A DNA stretch of 63,907 nt, filler included, from Octopus bimaculoides (lineage: Eukaryota), in the NCBI RefSeq assembly GCF_001194135.2. It is 6 parts of 4 records of this genome, joined end to end, with 100 filler letters (N's around TTAATTAATTAA, not from the genome) between each part and the next. Parts side by side here need not be neighbours in the genome. Positions count along the whole stretch, not along the records: positions 1 to 7,294 come from NC_069000.1; positions 7,395 to 27,427 come from NC_068990.1; 4 more parts are not named here. One strand, written 5' to 3'. Under the pieces are notes generated by a model. That model was not told where the DNA came from. It searched no databases and saw nothing but the letters and a program-made list of their open reading frames with translations. The stretch's first letter is position 1, and every line of letters begins with the position of its first letter. The position numbers and the translations under genes were made by a program. This document shows, piece after piece, positions 1 to 11,544 of this stretch.

Positions 1-400
1 ACCACCACCACCACCACCACCATCACTACCGCTGCTGCCGCCACATCTGCCGCCGCCACCACCGCCAAAGCTATCATCATCACCACAACTACCGTTTCAA
101 TGATCACTGATATTACAATCTCCACATGCAACACTATTACCGCTCATTCCACCATTGTAAGCACCATTTCTCTCATCGTCACTATGAGCACAAATATCGC
201 CGCTATAATCATCACTACTACCAAAACTACAACACACCTATCACCGCTGAAGCATAATTACCACCGTTACCATACCACCACCACCACCACCATCACCACC
301 ATAACTACAATACCGCCACTGTAAGCATCACCACTACAAACATGATGATTACAACCACCACCGCCACTATCACAGCCATCACGAAAATCACAACTGTGAC
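1..400. repeat. (ACC/ACT/ATC)n trinucleotide low-complexity tract
   Basis: Degenerate accaccacc/catcactac runs read directly. Confidence 0.9.
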
Positions 401-1964
401 TATATATATTCACATCCAAACCTGCAAATAACGGGGCTTATAAAAACATATTCCAAAATATACCGACGTCCAAAAAGGACTCCAGGTTGCACTAAATCCT
501 TCAAGCGTATACCACCATAAAGAACAAAATACCACCCGAGTCAATGAACAGATACTAACAAAGGCCAAGCTGCACACAGTAACAACAAGAGCAACAGTAG
601 AAAAATGCACAAGACGCTACTGTGGTGTATGTTTTAATCTAATAGAATGGACAGAAATCCATTGCAAATTATAATAAGTCTTCACAATAAAGATAACTTC
701 ATCAATGCATCTCAAAAACTTAATCTATGCGATTCATGCTCCGTGTATATAGAGAGTTACATGGGACAAACCGGTTGGACCTTAAGAAAACACATAATTC
801 TGCCTATAGCACAAGTGAAAATATAGGAATGGAATTTGTTTTAGTGAGTAGGTAGACACATGTGCAAGTAAGAAACAACCAAATTTTACAGTTTTCTTCT
901 GATATCAATTTAGCGATTACACAGCATAACACACTAGCAATGAATATAATATAAGATATATAATATAAGATTTATAGATATATACATGCACACATGCACA
1001 CACACACGCACACACACAAATATATGCACATACATATATTTATACATATATATATACACACACACACACGTATATATATGTGTATTTATGTACAGAGAGC
1101 GGAAGGCTGTATTTTGAATATGTGAGATAATCGCTGCATAATACCACATACCAATGACAAATTTTCTTTGTAACTATTTTATTCTTGCACTATCGCGATA
1201 TCTCTTTCGAGATCTAATAATTTGATAATACATACTCAGTAACGACAATTATGTCGTTATATTATGAAGAGAAATAGTCGAATGTTTGTGTGTGTAATTG
1301 GAAATATTGCATTAGATTAAACTTCCAGTATGTGAGCTCCATACTTTCTCAAACACTTATTTCGTTGCTATCCTCCCAAAACGAAAAGCATATTGCCCTT
1401 CGTCTCAAGGGAGATAATTCAGCTGAACCTAAGTATCACAAGGGAATTTTCTGGTAGATACTCGTTATATTCATACCACACAGCTACAAAAACACACATA
1501 AACATGCATCGACTCGTACGCTTAGATACATAAATAGATATCCAAACATACATAGCCATATGTGTATATGTGTGTGCGTGTGTTTGTGTCTGTAATACTC
1601 TATATAATGATGGTTAACATTACAAAAATATGTAAGACATTTTCGATTACTAATAAAGGATAGAAAAAGAAAGAGGAGAACGTGAACCTGTCTCCCATGG
1701 GAATCGATCCACCTTTCTGTCGATTCCCGTGGGACAGTATATTCTTGTTTCTCCCTACTTGACTGGCGCCTGTAAATATATTACCTCGTATTTCAATTTG
1801 ACATTGGCATGAAAAACCTGCGTTGGTGGCAGCAGTGTACTTCAAGGTAGTGTAGATACCTGTGAGAATATACGGGTAGATATGCTGACATTTCTGGCCA
1901 AGATTAAAAGTAAATTACATAGATATTTGCATGCATACGTATATACATCTTTTATCTTTTCTTT

Positions 1965-2163
1965 CTTTCAGTCACTAGACTGCGTCCATGCTGGGGCACC
2001 GCCTTCAAGAACTTTTTATTCGAATTAATCGACCCCCTTCGTACTTATTTTTTATTGAGCCTGGTACTGGTAAGTTATTCGATTGGTCTTTTTACCGAAC
2101 CGCTAACATACACGGACGTAAACCCACCAGCACCGGTTGTCAAGCGGTAGCGTGGGACAGAAA

Positions 2164-2165
<2 letters not shown>
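1965..2165 (-). mobile_element. tRNA-derived SINE family B, 3' half
   Basis: gtcactagactgcgtccatgctggggcaccgcc...ccgaaccgctaa...ggacgtaaac matches copies at 10040, 31790 and 57100. Confidence 0.8.
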
Positions 2166-2240
<75 letters not shown>

Positions 2241-2256
2241 ATATATATATATATAA
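2165..2256. repeat. (CA)n/(TA)n microsatellite
   Basis: Direct. Confidence 0.95.
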
Positions 2257-2476
2257 CTAATATGAGCAACCTTTACATGTCTGCATGTGTATTACCAAGT
2301 TATATAACATAATGTTGTGTCTAACAAGTAGACAAACACATACATGTATATGTGTATGCATGTGTTCGTCTGTATGTGTTTATGTATTTGTGTGAACTTG
2401 GAGGCAGTTATATGGGGCAGTGTGCGTGCGTACGTGTGTCTGATAGAGCGAAAAAGAGAGAGAACGAGAGAGTAAG

Positions 2477-2536
<60 letters not shown>

Positions 2537-2799
2537 GCATATGGATGGGTTTACGCGCTTACGCAAAGAGCAAGCAGTACGTTCGTTACGTATCGTGAGA
2601 TATTACTTGCTAATTAAGAGTCACAACACGGGAACAAGTAACTAACAAAGCGTAAAACATATCATAGATTACAATCACAGAAGTAAATCTAACCCTGGCA
2701 GCACCAAGTCTTCCGTGTGTTGCTATCAAAACTAATAATTACACGGTACATACGTGTTGAAATGTCAGCCATTATGATAACAACGTTGTACCAACACCG

Positions 2800-2858
2800 C
2801 TATGTACTGCAGTAGCAGCAACAACAACAACAGCGGGTAATGTAAGAACACCACCACC

Positions 2859-2903
<45 letters not shown>

Positions 2904-3632
2904 AATAGCAATAATGAAGGAAAGGAAAAAATGCAATAATCACAAGAAAACTAATATTAACAAGAACAGCAACAACGGCAACAAACTCTGGTGAATGTAT
3001 CCTGGAGGTCATCTTTTACATACTGTTATAACTACTACCACCACCACCACCACCACCACCACTACAACAACAACTACTACTACTACTATTACCACAACCA
3101 CCATCACCATCTCCAGCATCACAAAAATCTACCACCACTACCATCACCAACATTACTACCAGCATCACTTCCACTACTATTACCAAAACCACCGCCACTA
3201 TCACCACGATCACCACCACAACTACCACCACCACCTCCACCGCCACTGCTACTAATACTACTATTACAAATGCCGCCATCACCACCACCACCACGATCAC
3301 CGCCACTACTACTACCACCACCACCACCTCCATTACTACTACTACTACTACTACCACCACCTCTACTACTACTACTATCACAACCATCACCACCACTATT
3401 GCCACTACCACCTCTACTACTACTTCTACTTGCTGTTGCTGATGATGATGACCGTAATGCTGGAGTTCCAGCACCCTATTTTATGGCAACAAAGGCAACA
3501 GTGACGACGACGATGGTGATGATGGTGATGATGATGATGATGATGAGGAGGAGGAGGAGGAGGAGGAGGAGGAAGAGGAGGAGGAGGATGACGATGACGA
3601 CGACAATGATGATAGTAATAAATAATAATAAC

Positions 3633-3715
<83 letters not shown>

Positions 3716-3840
3716 CGACGATGATGACGATGAAGAGGAGGAGGGGAGGAGGAGATGGAAGTGGAAGAAGAAGAAGGAGGAGGAGGAGGGGAGGAAGTGG
3801 AGGAAGAGGAAGGGGAGGAGGAGAGTTTTGATGATGCAAG
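2800..3840. repeat. Compound trinucleotide microsatellite block (ACC/ACT/AAC then GAT/GAG/AAT)
   Basis: Direct; it generates the homopolymeric ORFs 2991..4124, 3016..3474 and others. Confidence 0.95.
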
Positions 3841-3878
3841 GACTCATGATATGTTTTCGTCTAAATGATATTCAGTGT

Positions 3879-3915
<37 letters not shown>

Positions 3916-4510
3916 AAATTTTTTTTTTTGAAAGTGGTTTTAGTTTCAAGTTTCATCAGTATTTTTCTGCGTCTGTTTTCTGTTTTCTTTTTATTTGTTT
4001 GCTTTTAAAGCTACTATTTTTTCTATCTGCTAATGTTATAGCAACATTTTTTATTAACTGGCTGACTGAGGTAGTGAACCCAAACATATTTGACATCTGC
4101 CACCGTCTCAGTTATCAAATTTAAACTAGCAAGAAAAAAAGATAAAAGACAAAGCCGTAAGATCGTTAGATGAGAACAGAGAAAATATAGACATTACGAT
4201 GGTTGCCATATTGGACAACATGCATGTAGACTTTAACGCTCTTTTTCTGGACACTAAACTACTAAGGTGTTCAATTGACAAAGTCGTTGTAGCGTTGGAT
4301 TGAATATTTCGCAGTAGCTGTTCCGACTCTCTGTGCTCTCACTTCAAGTGCTGCCGAGGTTGATCAACTTTATATTTTCCATTTTATTCGGGGGTGGATT
4401 AGAAAGAAAAAAAAAAGAAGAAGACGATAAGGGGAGAATTACGTAGCACTCCAAGGCAGTAGATTATAATGTCGGATATAATTTGCACAGACATGGTCAT
4501 GTAGTAAGAA

Positions 4511-4640
4511 GCAGCGAGCTGGAAGAATCGATAGCACACCGGGCGAAATGCTTAGCGGTATTTCGTCTGCCGCTACGTTCTGAGTTCAAATTCCGCCGTG
4601 GTCGACTTAGCCTTTAGGGGTCGATTAAAAAAGTACTTAT
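4511..4640 (+). mobile_element. tRNA-derived SINE family A (truncated)
   Basis: gcgagctggaagaatcgatagcacaccgggcgaaatgcttagcggtatttcg...ctgagttcaaattccgcc (B-box-like gagttcaaattcc); same as 5988, 10903 and 47155. Confidence 0.85.
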
Positions 4641-5173
4641 TTGGATCAGACCACTTAATTGAACTGTTAACAAGTTTGAGTCTATTCTTTGTGCATTCCC
4701 AGTTCAAATACGACCGTGATCAACTTTACTTTTATCATTTTGGGTTCGCTTAAAATAATAATTAAAAAAAAAAACCATGAACCAGTCAAGGGCTATGAAT
4801 TGAAAAAATTCTAATTGCGCGTCGGATGAGATTCATTCCACAATCAGATCTGGTTCCGTACATTCTTTTCCACAGATCGAATCATGCTCCATCGTCGAAA
4901 CAATGAAAATAACGGTGACACTATTGTTAGATGACCTCTGGGTCTGCTTTCGTTGTTGTTTTATACGGTTGCTTCTCAACTGTTTTATACAGTTGAGAAA
5001 CATTTACTTCTCAACTGTTGTATGCTGAAATGTCTTTCTTTGAGCCTCAGGATCTTGAACGATATACCTAAAAACACGCTGTTTATTTTTTTCTATTTCA
5101 TTAAGTAGACTCCAATGACAAAAGAACACTTTAACAGCTGCCATTACACGCATGCGTATATATACATACATGC

Positions 5174-5207
<34 letters not shown>

Positions 5208-5212
5208 GCATT

Positions 5213-5254
<42 letters not shown>

Positions 5255-5314
5255 TATATATATGTATACATATATATACACATATAAATATATATACAGA
5301 AAGAGAGAGAAGAG

Positions 5315-5367
<53 letters not shown>

Positions 5368-5404
5368 ACATTACGCAAGCAGACATAGATGCACATTTAC
5401 ATAC

Positions 5405-5458
<54 letters not shown>

Positions 5459-5987
5459 ACGCACATGCACATGCGTGCGCGTGTGTACATGTCAATGTGT
5501 GCGCGAGCGAGCGAGCGTATGTGGGTGTGCGCGTGTGTGTTAACGATACAGTTCATCATTTTGCGGATGCAACGTGAATATTACCTTACTGTAATAACTT
5601 TAGTGGAATATTATCGTTGGTGTAGCAATTTGTCTTAATGTAACAACTAATAGAGAAACGCAAGGAATAAAGATTTTCTGTTTGTCAGTGCAGAGTCGCA
5701 GTGGAAATGTAAAAAACAGTGTTTGACACGATGAAATATATACATACATGTAAATACATAAATCAAAATAAATAAACATATTCTATACATTTAACATTCT
5801 TGAATAACATACTTGAATAACACACAAGCACCGTCGTAGTACATGCATCTCATTAGACATCATAAGCAGGTGTAATTTTGCAGGTAGTTTTTCGAATGTG
5901 AATCAGTTATAATTCACACCAGCTTTGGTAGGATCCTTCGAAAACCGTAATCATTTCTATAATGTCATAATTTCCGTTGGTGCGTTG

Positions 5988-6285
5988 AGATAGCAGAATC
6001 GTTAGCACACCGGGCGAAATGCTTAGCGGTATTTCGTCTGTCTTTACGTTCTGAGTTCAAATTCCACCGCGATCGACTTTGCCTTTCGTTCTTTCCGGGT
6101 CGATAAATTAAGTACCAGTTGGTAATCGACTGGCAACCTCCCCCCAAATTTCGGTCTTTCTGCCTAGAGTAGAAAAGAATCGTTAGCACGCCGGGCGAAA
6201 TGCTTAGCGGTATTTAATCTGCCTCTACGTTCTGAGTTCAAATTCCACCAAGTCAATTTGCCTTTCATCCTTTCGGAGTCGATAT
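5988..6285 (+). mobile_element. Two head-to-tail SINE family A copies
   Basis: Head gttagcacaccgggcgaaatg at about 6001 and repeated at about 6182; body gcctttc...cgggtcgataaattaagtacc. Confidence 0.85.
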
Positions 6286-7073
6286 GACTCCGAAATGACT
6301 GAAACAAATATAAAAAATAGAATCAATAAATTGATTAATTAATATTTAATGCATCTGAAATGATTGAAAATTTTATTGTAATGTTCGTATCATCAGATAG
6401 AATATGAGCAAATGAATTATTCACTAAGAGCATCACTGAGATTACGGGAAACTTGAGCCAATTTACAGGGGAATAACTCTGAATGGGTGTAGAGCAGCGA
6501 AACATAGCAATGTAGCACTGAACTAGAACGGAGTAGCAAGGTAAAGGGAGGTACTCTGGATATGTTATTCTGCGCTACTTTGAATTACTTGGCGAGAAAA
6601 TTCTCAAGAAAACGGAGACCACGCTTAACACCCTTTGAAAAGCAACCAATGTGCTTGCAAAAGTTACAGTCAAGATTCCCATCCCAAATATAGCCTCTTC
6701 TGTCCTAGTTTGTGATGCTTTCAGCTGAATTAATGGCGTGTATGCCAGTGTGCTCGTGACTAAAGCTGATTAATATGACCTATTTTCTAATTAATTGAAC
6801 TTTTGCTCCAATTTCATCATAACAGTAGATCACGATGCGATCTAAAGTCATTAAGTGCTTGGAGAGTACGACAGTAAGTCTCTGGAATTTTCTGCCGTTT
6901 GGCTACATCAACCATCCTCATTTGTGTTCCTATTTCCCTTAAAAATATCATATGATTCTGTTTATGCAATGATATAATAACAAAGTTTAGCAGTGGTTCG
7001 TTTAGTGCTGCATTTTTCGAAACGTACATAGAGTGCTAACCGAGGTATTATTAGTTTGCTTGCTTTGTTTTTT

Positions 7074-7167
7074 CGTTCGTTCGTTCGTTCGTTCGTTCGT
7101 TTGTCCGTTCGTTCGTTCGTTCGTTCGTTCGTTCGTTCGTTCGTTCGTTCGTTCGTTCGTTCGTTCG
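7074..7167. repeat. (TTCG)n tetranucleotide microsatellite
   Basis: Direct. Confidence 0.95.
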
Positions 7168-7294
7168 TATGCTTGCTTGTTTATTTTCTAGTCTCTTGTG
7201 GTCCTAGAAAGACGGCTCTGCAATATTTTGCTGAACAATCTGCATAAATGATTTGTTTATAGTGATCGAATGTATGTGACGTACCTTAGCTCAT

Positions 7295-7394
7295 NNNNNN
7301 NNNNNNNNNNNNNNNNNNNNNNNNNNNNNNNNNNNNNNTTAATTAATTAANNNNNNNNNNNNNNNNNNNNNNNNNNNNNNNNNNNNNNNNNNNN
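7295..7394. other. Artificial 100-bp scaffold join (N44-TTAATTAATTAA-N44); also at 27428-27527, 40861-40960, 58683-58782 and 62638-62737
   Basis: Same 12-mer (stops in all six frames) centred in identical-length N runs five times. Confidence 0.95.
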
Positions 7395-7436
7395 AATAGA
7401 TTTATAAGCCTTAAAATTCACCCCATAATTGCCCAC

Positions 7437-7732
7437 GGGCATATGGCGTAGTGGTTAAGAGCGCGGGCTACTAACCCCAAGGTTCCGAGTTCGATTCACG
7501 GCAGCGACCTGATTAATAATAATAATAATAATAATATAATAATAATAATAATAGTAACATCGATAGGAATGAGAACCCAGGTTCGAAATTTCCCCAAGAC
7601 ACCTGACGAAGGCTGGAGGGTATATCAGCCGAAACGTTGTGTCAACAACAAACAAGATGAGGACGAATATCCGTCAAATGTAGATAATGTAAATAATGTA
7701 AATAATTCCTCATCTCTTAAATATAGAACTGT
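7437..7732 (+). mobile_element. tRNA-headed repeat with (AAT)n spacer and hammerhead-containing Penelope-like tail
   Basis: A-box tggcgtagtggttaag, B-box gagttcgattc, (aat)n, then gacac-ctgacga-a-ggctg...cagcc-gaaac-gtt-gtgtc; second copy at 59746-60040. Confidence 0.8.
7598..7643 (+). ncRNA. Minimal type-I hammerhead ribozyme motif
   Basis: Stem I GACAC/GUGUC, core CUGACGA, extra A, stem II GGCUG/CAGCC with 10-nt loop, GAAAC, palindromic ACGU in place of stem III, cleavage triplet GUU. Confidence 0.7.
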
Positions 7733-7770
7733 ATAATTTGCTTTATTCATCAAGTTACAACAAAAACAAC

Positions 7771-7956
7771 CTAGCATTCAAAGTAGAAGCCACCATGCTG
7801 CACCGTCTGAAGACACCTTTCTGCTAGTTCTTTGATCCCATGCCGATACCAGTTATTGTCCTTCAAGATGAAGAATTCCTTCACTGAAGCTTCCACTGCC
7901 TCTTGGTTGATGAAGCATCACAAGCACAGGAAGTGAGCCGTGGATCAGAACAAGTA
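7771..7956 (-). pseudogene. Mariner transposase C-terminal fragment
   Basis: Manual translation YLF*STAHFLCL*CFINQEAVEASVKEFFILKDNNWYRHGIKELAERCLQTVQHGGFYFEC* resembles the mariner C-terminus (..GI..L.ERW.....G.YFE). Confidence 0.75.
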
Positions 7957-7980
7957 GAAGATGCCTATCCACAGAGCCAA

Positions 7981-7995
7981 TCAATGAGAACAAAC
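7981..7995 (-). CDS. Candidate terminal coding exon of unidentified minus-strand gene (VCSH*)
   Basis: Acceptor gtttactttcag|G; AATAAA downstream at 7742-7747 (-); frame assignment uncertain. Confidence 0.35.
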   Translation of the reverse strand, partial: VCSH

Positions 7996-8489
7996 CTGAA
8001 AGTAAACTTCTTAATCACATGGATAAAGTAAAATAGAGAGCAATAGTTAGAGATAGATAAAGGGAAAGATAGATAAGGGAAATAAATAAATACAACATCA
8101 ATTTAAAAGCATTTCTTTTTTTTTAGTATTTATTTTTATTTTGCAAAATACAAAATTTTTAATGTGTCTTTTATACATTTTACTTCAAACAGAATCAAAT
8201 TTCCAAAATTCCATCATTTGAATGTTTTCTTGTAATGGCAGCTTAAAAGATATATAAAAAAGCATCAAGAATTTCATCATTTTCTGGATTTGATGATATG
8301 TTTTACGAATATAAGAGTCTACATTTATGGGTTTCTCTTGGGTAAACATTCATGTGTGTGTGTGTGTGTATTTATATACAGCAAAGGTGGAAGATACAAT
8401 ACAGGCTTTTAATATGAGGCAATGCATGATGAAAGGTATGTCAAGCTTGTCTATCACAGGTAAATTTGCCAGCTCTGATTCACAATTAC

Positions 8490-8514
8490 CAACAGATAAA
8501 ACCAAGGAAAGTAT
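8490..8514 (-). CDS. Candidate 25-nt exon ((R)YFPWFYLL)
   Basis: ttgtattcttacag|ATACTTT...CTGTTG|gtaatt. Confidence 0.45.
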
Positions 8515-9796
8515 CTGTAAGAATACAATTCAAAGTTCCTTGTCCAGAAACACACCAATATTCTTCTACCATGTATAGACTCTGTGTTGTAGTTACCAAC
8601 TACATTCTCCATTTGGTGTCAATTTTATTTACACAAATTTATTTCTACACATACCATTATTTATTATTATCACTGTCATGTCACTAAAGATTGAGTTTTT
8701 AGATTTACCTGTACCATATTCTTGGCACCAACATCAGTTTATTTACCATCAGGTCTTCTTTCAACTATAATTAGATGAGAACTCAAAGAGTGAAATCAAA
8801 GGATGTTGGGATTTTTCCTTCTTGATTTTGTTTTTGTTTTTTCCCTCTCAAACTTGAATAATCATGAAGAATACATTACAAGTGAAAGGTGTCAACAATC
8901 TGAACAAACACTTATTCTACAGTTCTTGGATCACATGATCTCATGTATATAGCAGGGCAAGTAGATGAGTAGCAGAGAGTCTTGTCCAACAGATAAGGGA
9001 TTTAGATCAAGTCAATATATGACATGTAATTCCATGCTATGAAGGTAGCTATTTAATGAAGATCAGCTTATATAGCTTGTATATAGGTTGGGATAAAAAG
9101 GATACTGTTGAAGCTATGCCTTTATCTGTTAAGATCCCTTTAGATTGAAAGCTGCATTTGTTGTATCTTCTTATCTTTTCAATTTATATGAAACTATAAA
9201 TAGTTATTTGATCTGTAGGCTTAGCTAGGCTTTGTTACACTGATGAGATTTAATAAACCATAACATGCCTATAGTTGTCCTCTCTTGCCTGCGAAGAAAC
9301 ATCAGATAGTCTTTTCCTCTAAGCATGTAAATTAACTAAAGAAATTAATTCACTGTTATTTATTATTTGAAGGAACTTCATACAGTATTCTAATTTTAGT
9401 ATTCTAAAGGCTGGAATTATATGAATGTTTCACAAAAACTCAGAATCTAAGAAAAAATATGGAAAAAAAAAATGAACTAAAAATAAAGAAGAAAATTAAA
9501 ATAAAACGTTTGCAATGAAAAATTACTAAATCAATGAAATACATAAGAAATCAAAGAAGATTTTTTAAAAAAAGCAGTTCCAAAAATAAACATCATCCAT
9601 TTTTATAATTTGCTTTGCAAGATTTTTTAAAAATTAGTTTTGCAAGAATTTTGATTTGAAATCATGTGCTGAAACCAATATTGTTATAATTATTCACATT
9701 GTTTTGAATTAATTTTGTAGCTTCACTATATATTGATAAACATATCAAAAACTTTCAATGTGTAGTAAAAGGGGAACGTTATTTATGTGTGTGTGA

Positions 9797-9836
<40 letters not shown>

Positions 9837-9889
9837 AAGAGAAAGAAAGAAAGGAAGAATACACATATCTGTCCACATCTCTCACTTAC

Positions 9890-10011
9890 CTACTTTCACC
9901 TGACTCTACAACATCTGCCAACTTGAATATTCCCAGCCAGAGTCCTATGACAACTCCTCTGTTTCCCCTTAGAAGTTGTAGTTTTCTCAATGTTGGAATT
10001 ATAACAGTACT
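9890..10011 (-). CDS. Candidate 122-nt exon (STVIIPTLRKLQLLRGNRGVVIGLWLGIFKLADVVESGES)
   Basis: atattgtag| ... AG|gtaagt consensus donor; open in the frame continuing from the upstream exon. Confidence 0.55.
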
Positions 10012-10039
10012 CTACAATATATGTGTGTGTGTATACTTT

Positions 10040-10347
10040 TACTTGTTTCAGTCATTTGACTATGGCCATGCTGGAGCACCACCTTTAGTTGAACTAATAG
10101 ACCCCAGGACTTATTCTTTGTAAGCCTAGTACTTATTCTATCAGTTTGTTTTGCCAAATCGCTAAGTTACAGGGATGTAAACATACCAACATACAAACAT
10201 ATACATATATACAACGGGCTTCTTTCAGTTTCTTTCTACCAAATCCACTCACAAGGCTTTGGCAGGCTCAAGGTTATAGTAGAAGACACTTACCCCAGGT
10301 GCCATACAGTGGGACTGAACCCAGAACCATGTGGTTAGGAAGCAAGA
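10040..10347 (-). mobile_element. SINE family B, CpG-decayed copy
   Basis: tRNA-like head (rc cttgcttcctaaccacatggttctgggttcagtccc) and body shared with 31790 and 57100. Confidence 0.85.
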
Positions 10348-10759
10348 TATATATATATATATATATATGTGTATGTATCAAATGAAAAAAATTTCAAGAA
10401 TTCTACATTATGACAATTAGAAATCTACATTGAAAAATAACCTAAAAAAGAGTATTTTTGTATACAATTATTGATGATGTCACTGGATAACTAAAGAATA
10501 AAAACTAAGGATAAGAATTCTTCATTATGCTTAATAGAAACTTAGATATTTTACGTCTCAATAATTAGTTATCTATTTACTCATAATATTAAACCTTTAA
10601 TAAGAATTAACCTTATTATACGCACACACACACACAGATACATGTATACACACACACACACATATATATATATATGCATGTGTGTGTGTGTATATTCTCT
10701 CCTCTCTGTGAGGAGGCACAAGCACTTACATACACAATGGGAACTTCTACTTTCGAAAT

Positions 10760-10880
10760 ACAATCACAAAGTTTCAATTGGCCTGAGACTATAGCAGAAG
10801 ACAATTGCCCAAGGTGCTACGCAGTGGGACTGAATTTGAATCCATGTGATTGAGAAGCAAGCTTCCTAATCACACAGCCA
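10760..10880 (-). mobile_element. SINE family B head fragment
   Basis: gcccaaggtgctacgcagtgggactgaa...gaagcaagcttcctaatcac. Confidence 0.7.
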
Positions 10881-10902
10881 TGCCAATATATATATGATGG
10901 GA

Positions 10903-11110
10903 AGGCGGCGAACTGGCAGAAACATTAGCACGCTGGATGAAATGCTTAGTGGTATTTTGTCTGTCTTTTCATTCTGAGTTCAAATTCCGCCGAGGTTGAC
11001 TTTGCCTTTCAGGGTCGATAAATTAAGTACCAGTTGCGTACTGAGATCGATGTAATCAACTGGCCCCCTCCCCCAAAATTTTGGGCCTTGTGCCTAGAGT
11101 AGAAAAGAAT
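10903..11110 (+). mobile_element. SINE family A, near full-length, CpG-decayed
   Basis: Colinear with 47155-47350. Confidence 0.85.
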
Positions 11111-11196
11111 ATATATATATGATGGAAAAGAATTAAAAATTAAGATGAGGCAAAGCATATAGGTTAAGGGGTGAAATGCTTGTGACCCTGAGATAC

Positions 11197-11277
11197 CTGC
11201 AGATGATCTGGAAGGGTTTCCAACACAGCAATAGTTTTAGAAGAGCTTGAAAAACTTCTGAATAACTCCTGCAGTTT
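11197..11277 (-). CDS. Candidate 81-nt exon (KLQELFRSFSSSSKTIAVLETLPDHLQ)
   Basis: ttttctccacacag| ... CAG|gtatct; phase 0-0, no stop. Confidence 0.6.
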
Positions 11278-11544
11278 CTGTGTGGAGAAAAGCATCTCCA
11301 AAATTTATTTCACCTATACATATGCTTCACTCTATGTCTGTATTAAGTATTCTATTTTTGAATGCTTTGTAGTATTTCTTCTAAATCTTTACATTCTGAG
11401 TTCAAATCTTGTCAACATCACCTTTTGCTTTTCATCTTTTCAGAGTCAATGAAATAAAGTAGCAGCTAAGTGCTACTAATCCATTTTCCTCAAAATTGCT
11501 GTCCTTGTGCTTAAATCGTGAATTATCATTATTGAAGACGTTGC

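Noticed and set aside
410-610. Hydrophobic 66-aa minus-strand ORF, possible transporter exon
   Set aside because: No convincing acceptor, weak donor and no recognisable motif.
2991-4124. 377-aa ORF and overlapping poly-amino-acid ORFs
   Set aside because: Pure trinucleotide microsatellite translation; several frames on both strands are open for the same reason.
7437-7510. Possible genuine tRNA gene
   Set aside because: The acceptor stem does not close, the anticodon differs between copies (ACT versus GCT), and it is embedded in a dispersed repeat; it is a SINE-like head.
8712-8768. Candidate 57-nt exon (LKEDLMVNKTDVGAKNMVQ)
   Set aside because: Good donor, but it introduces a stop when joined in the frame of the other exons; it may become valid if exon boundaries differ.
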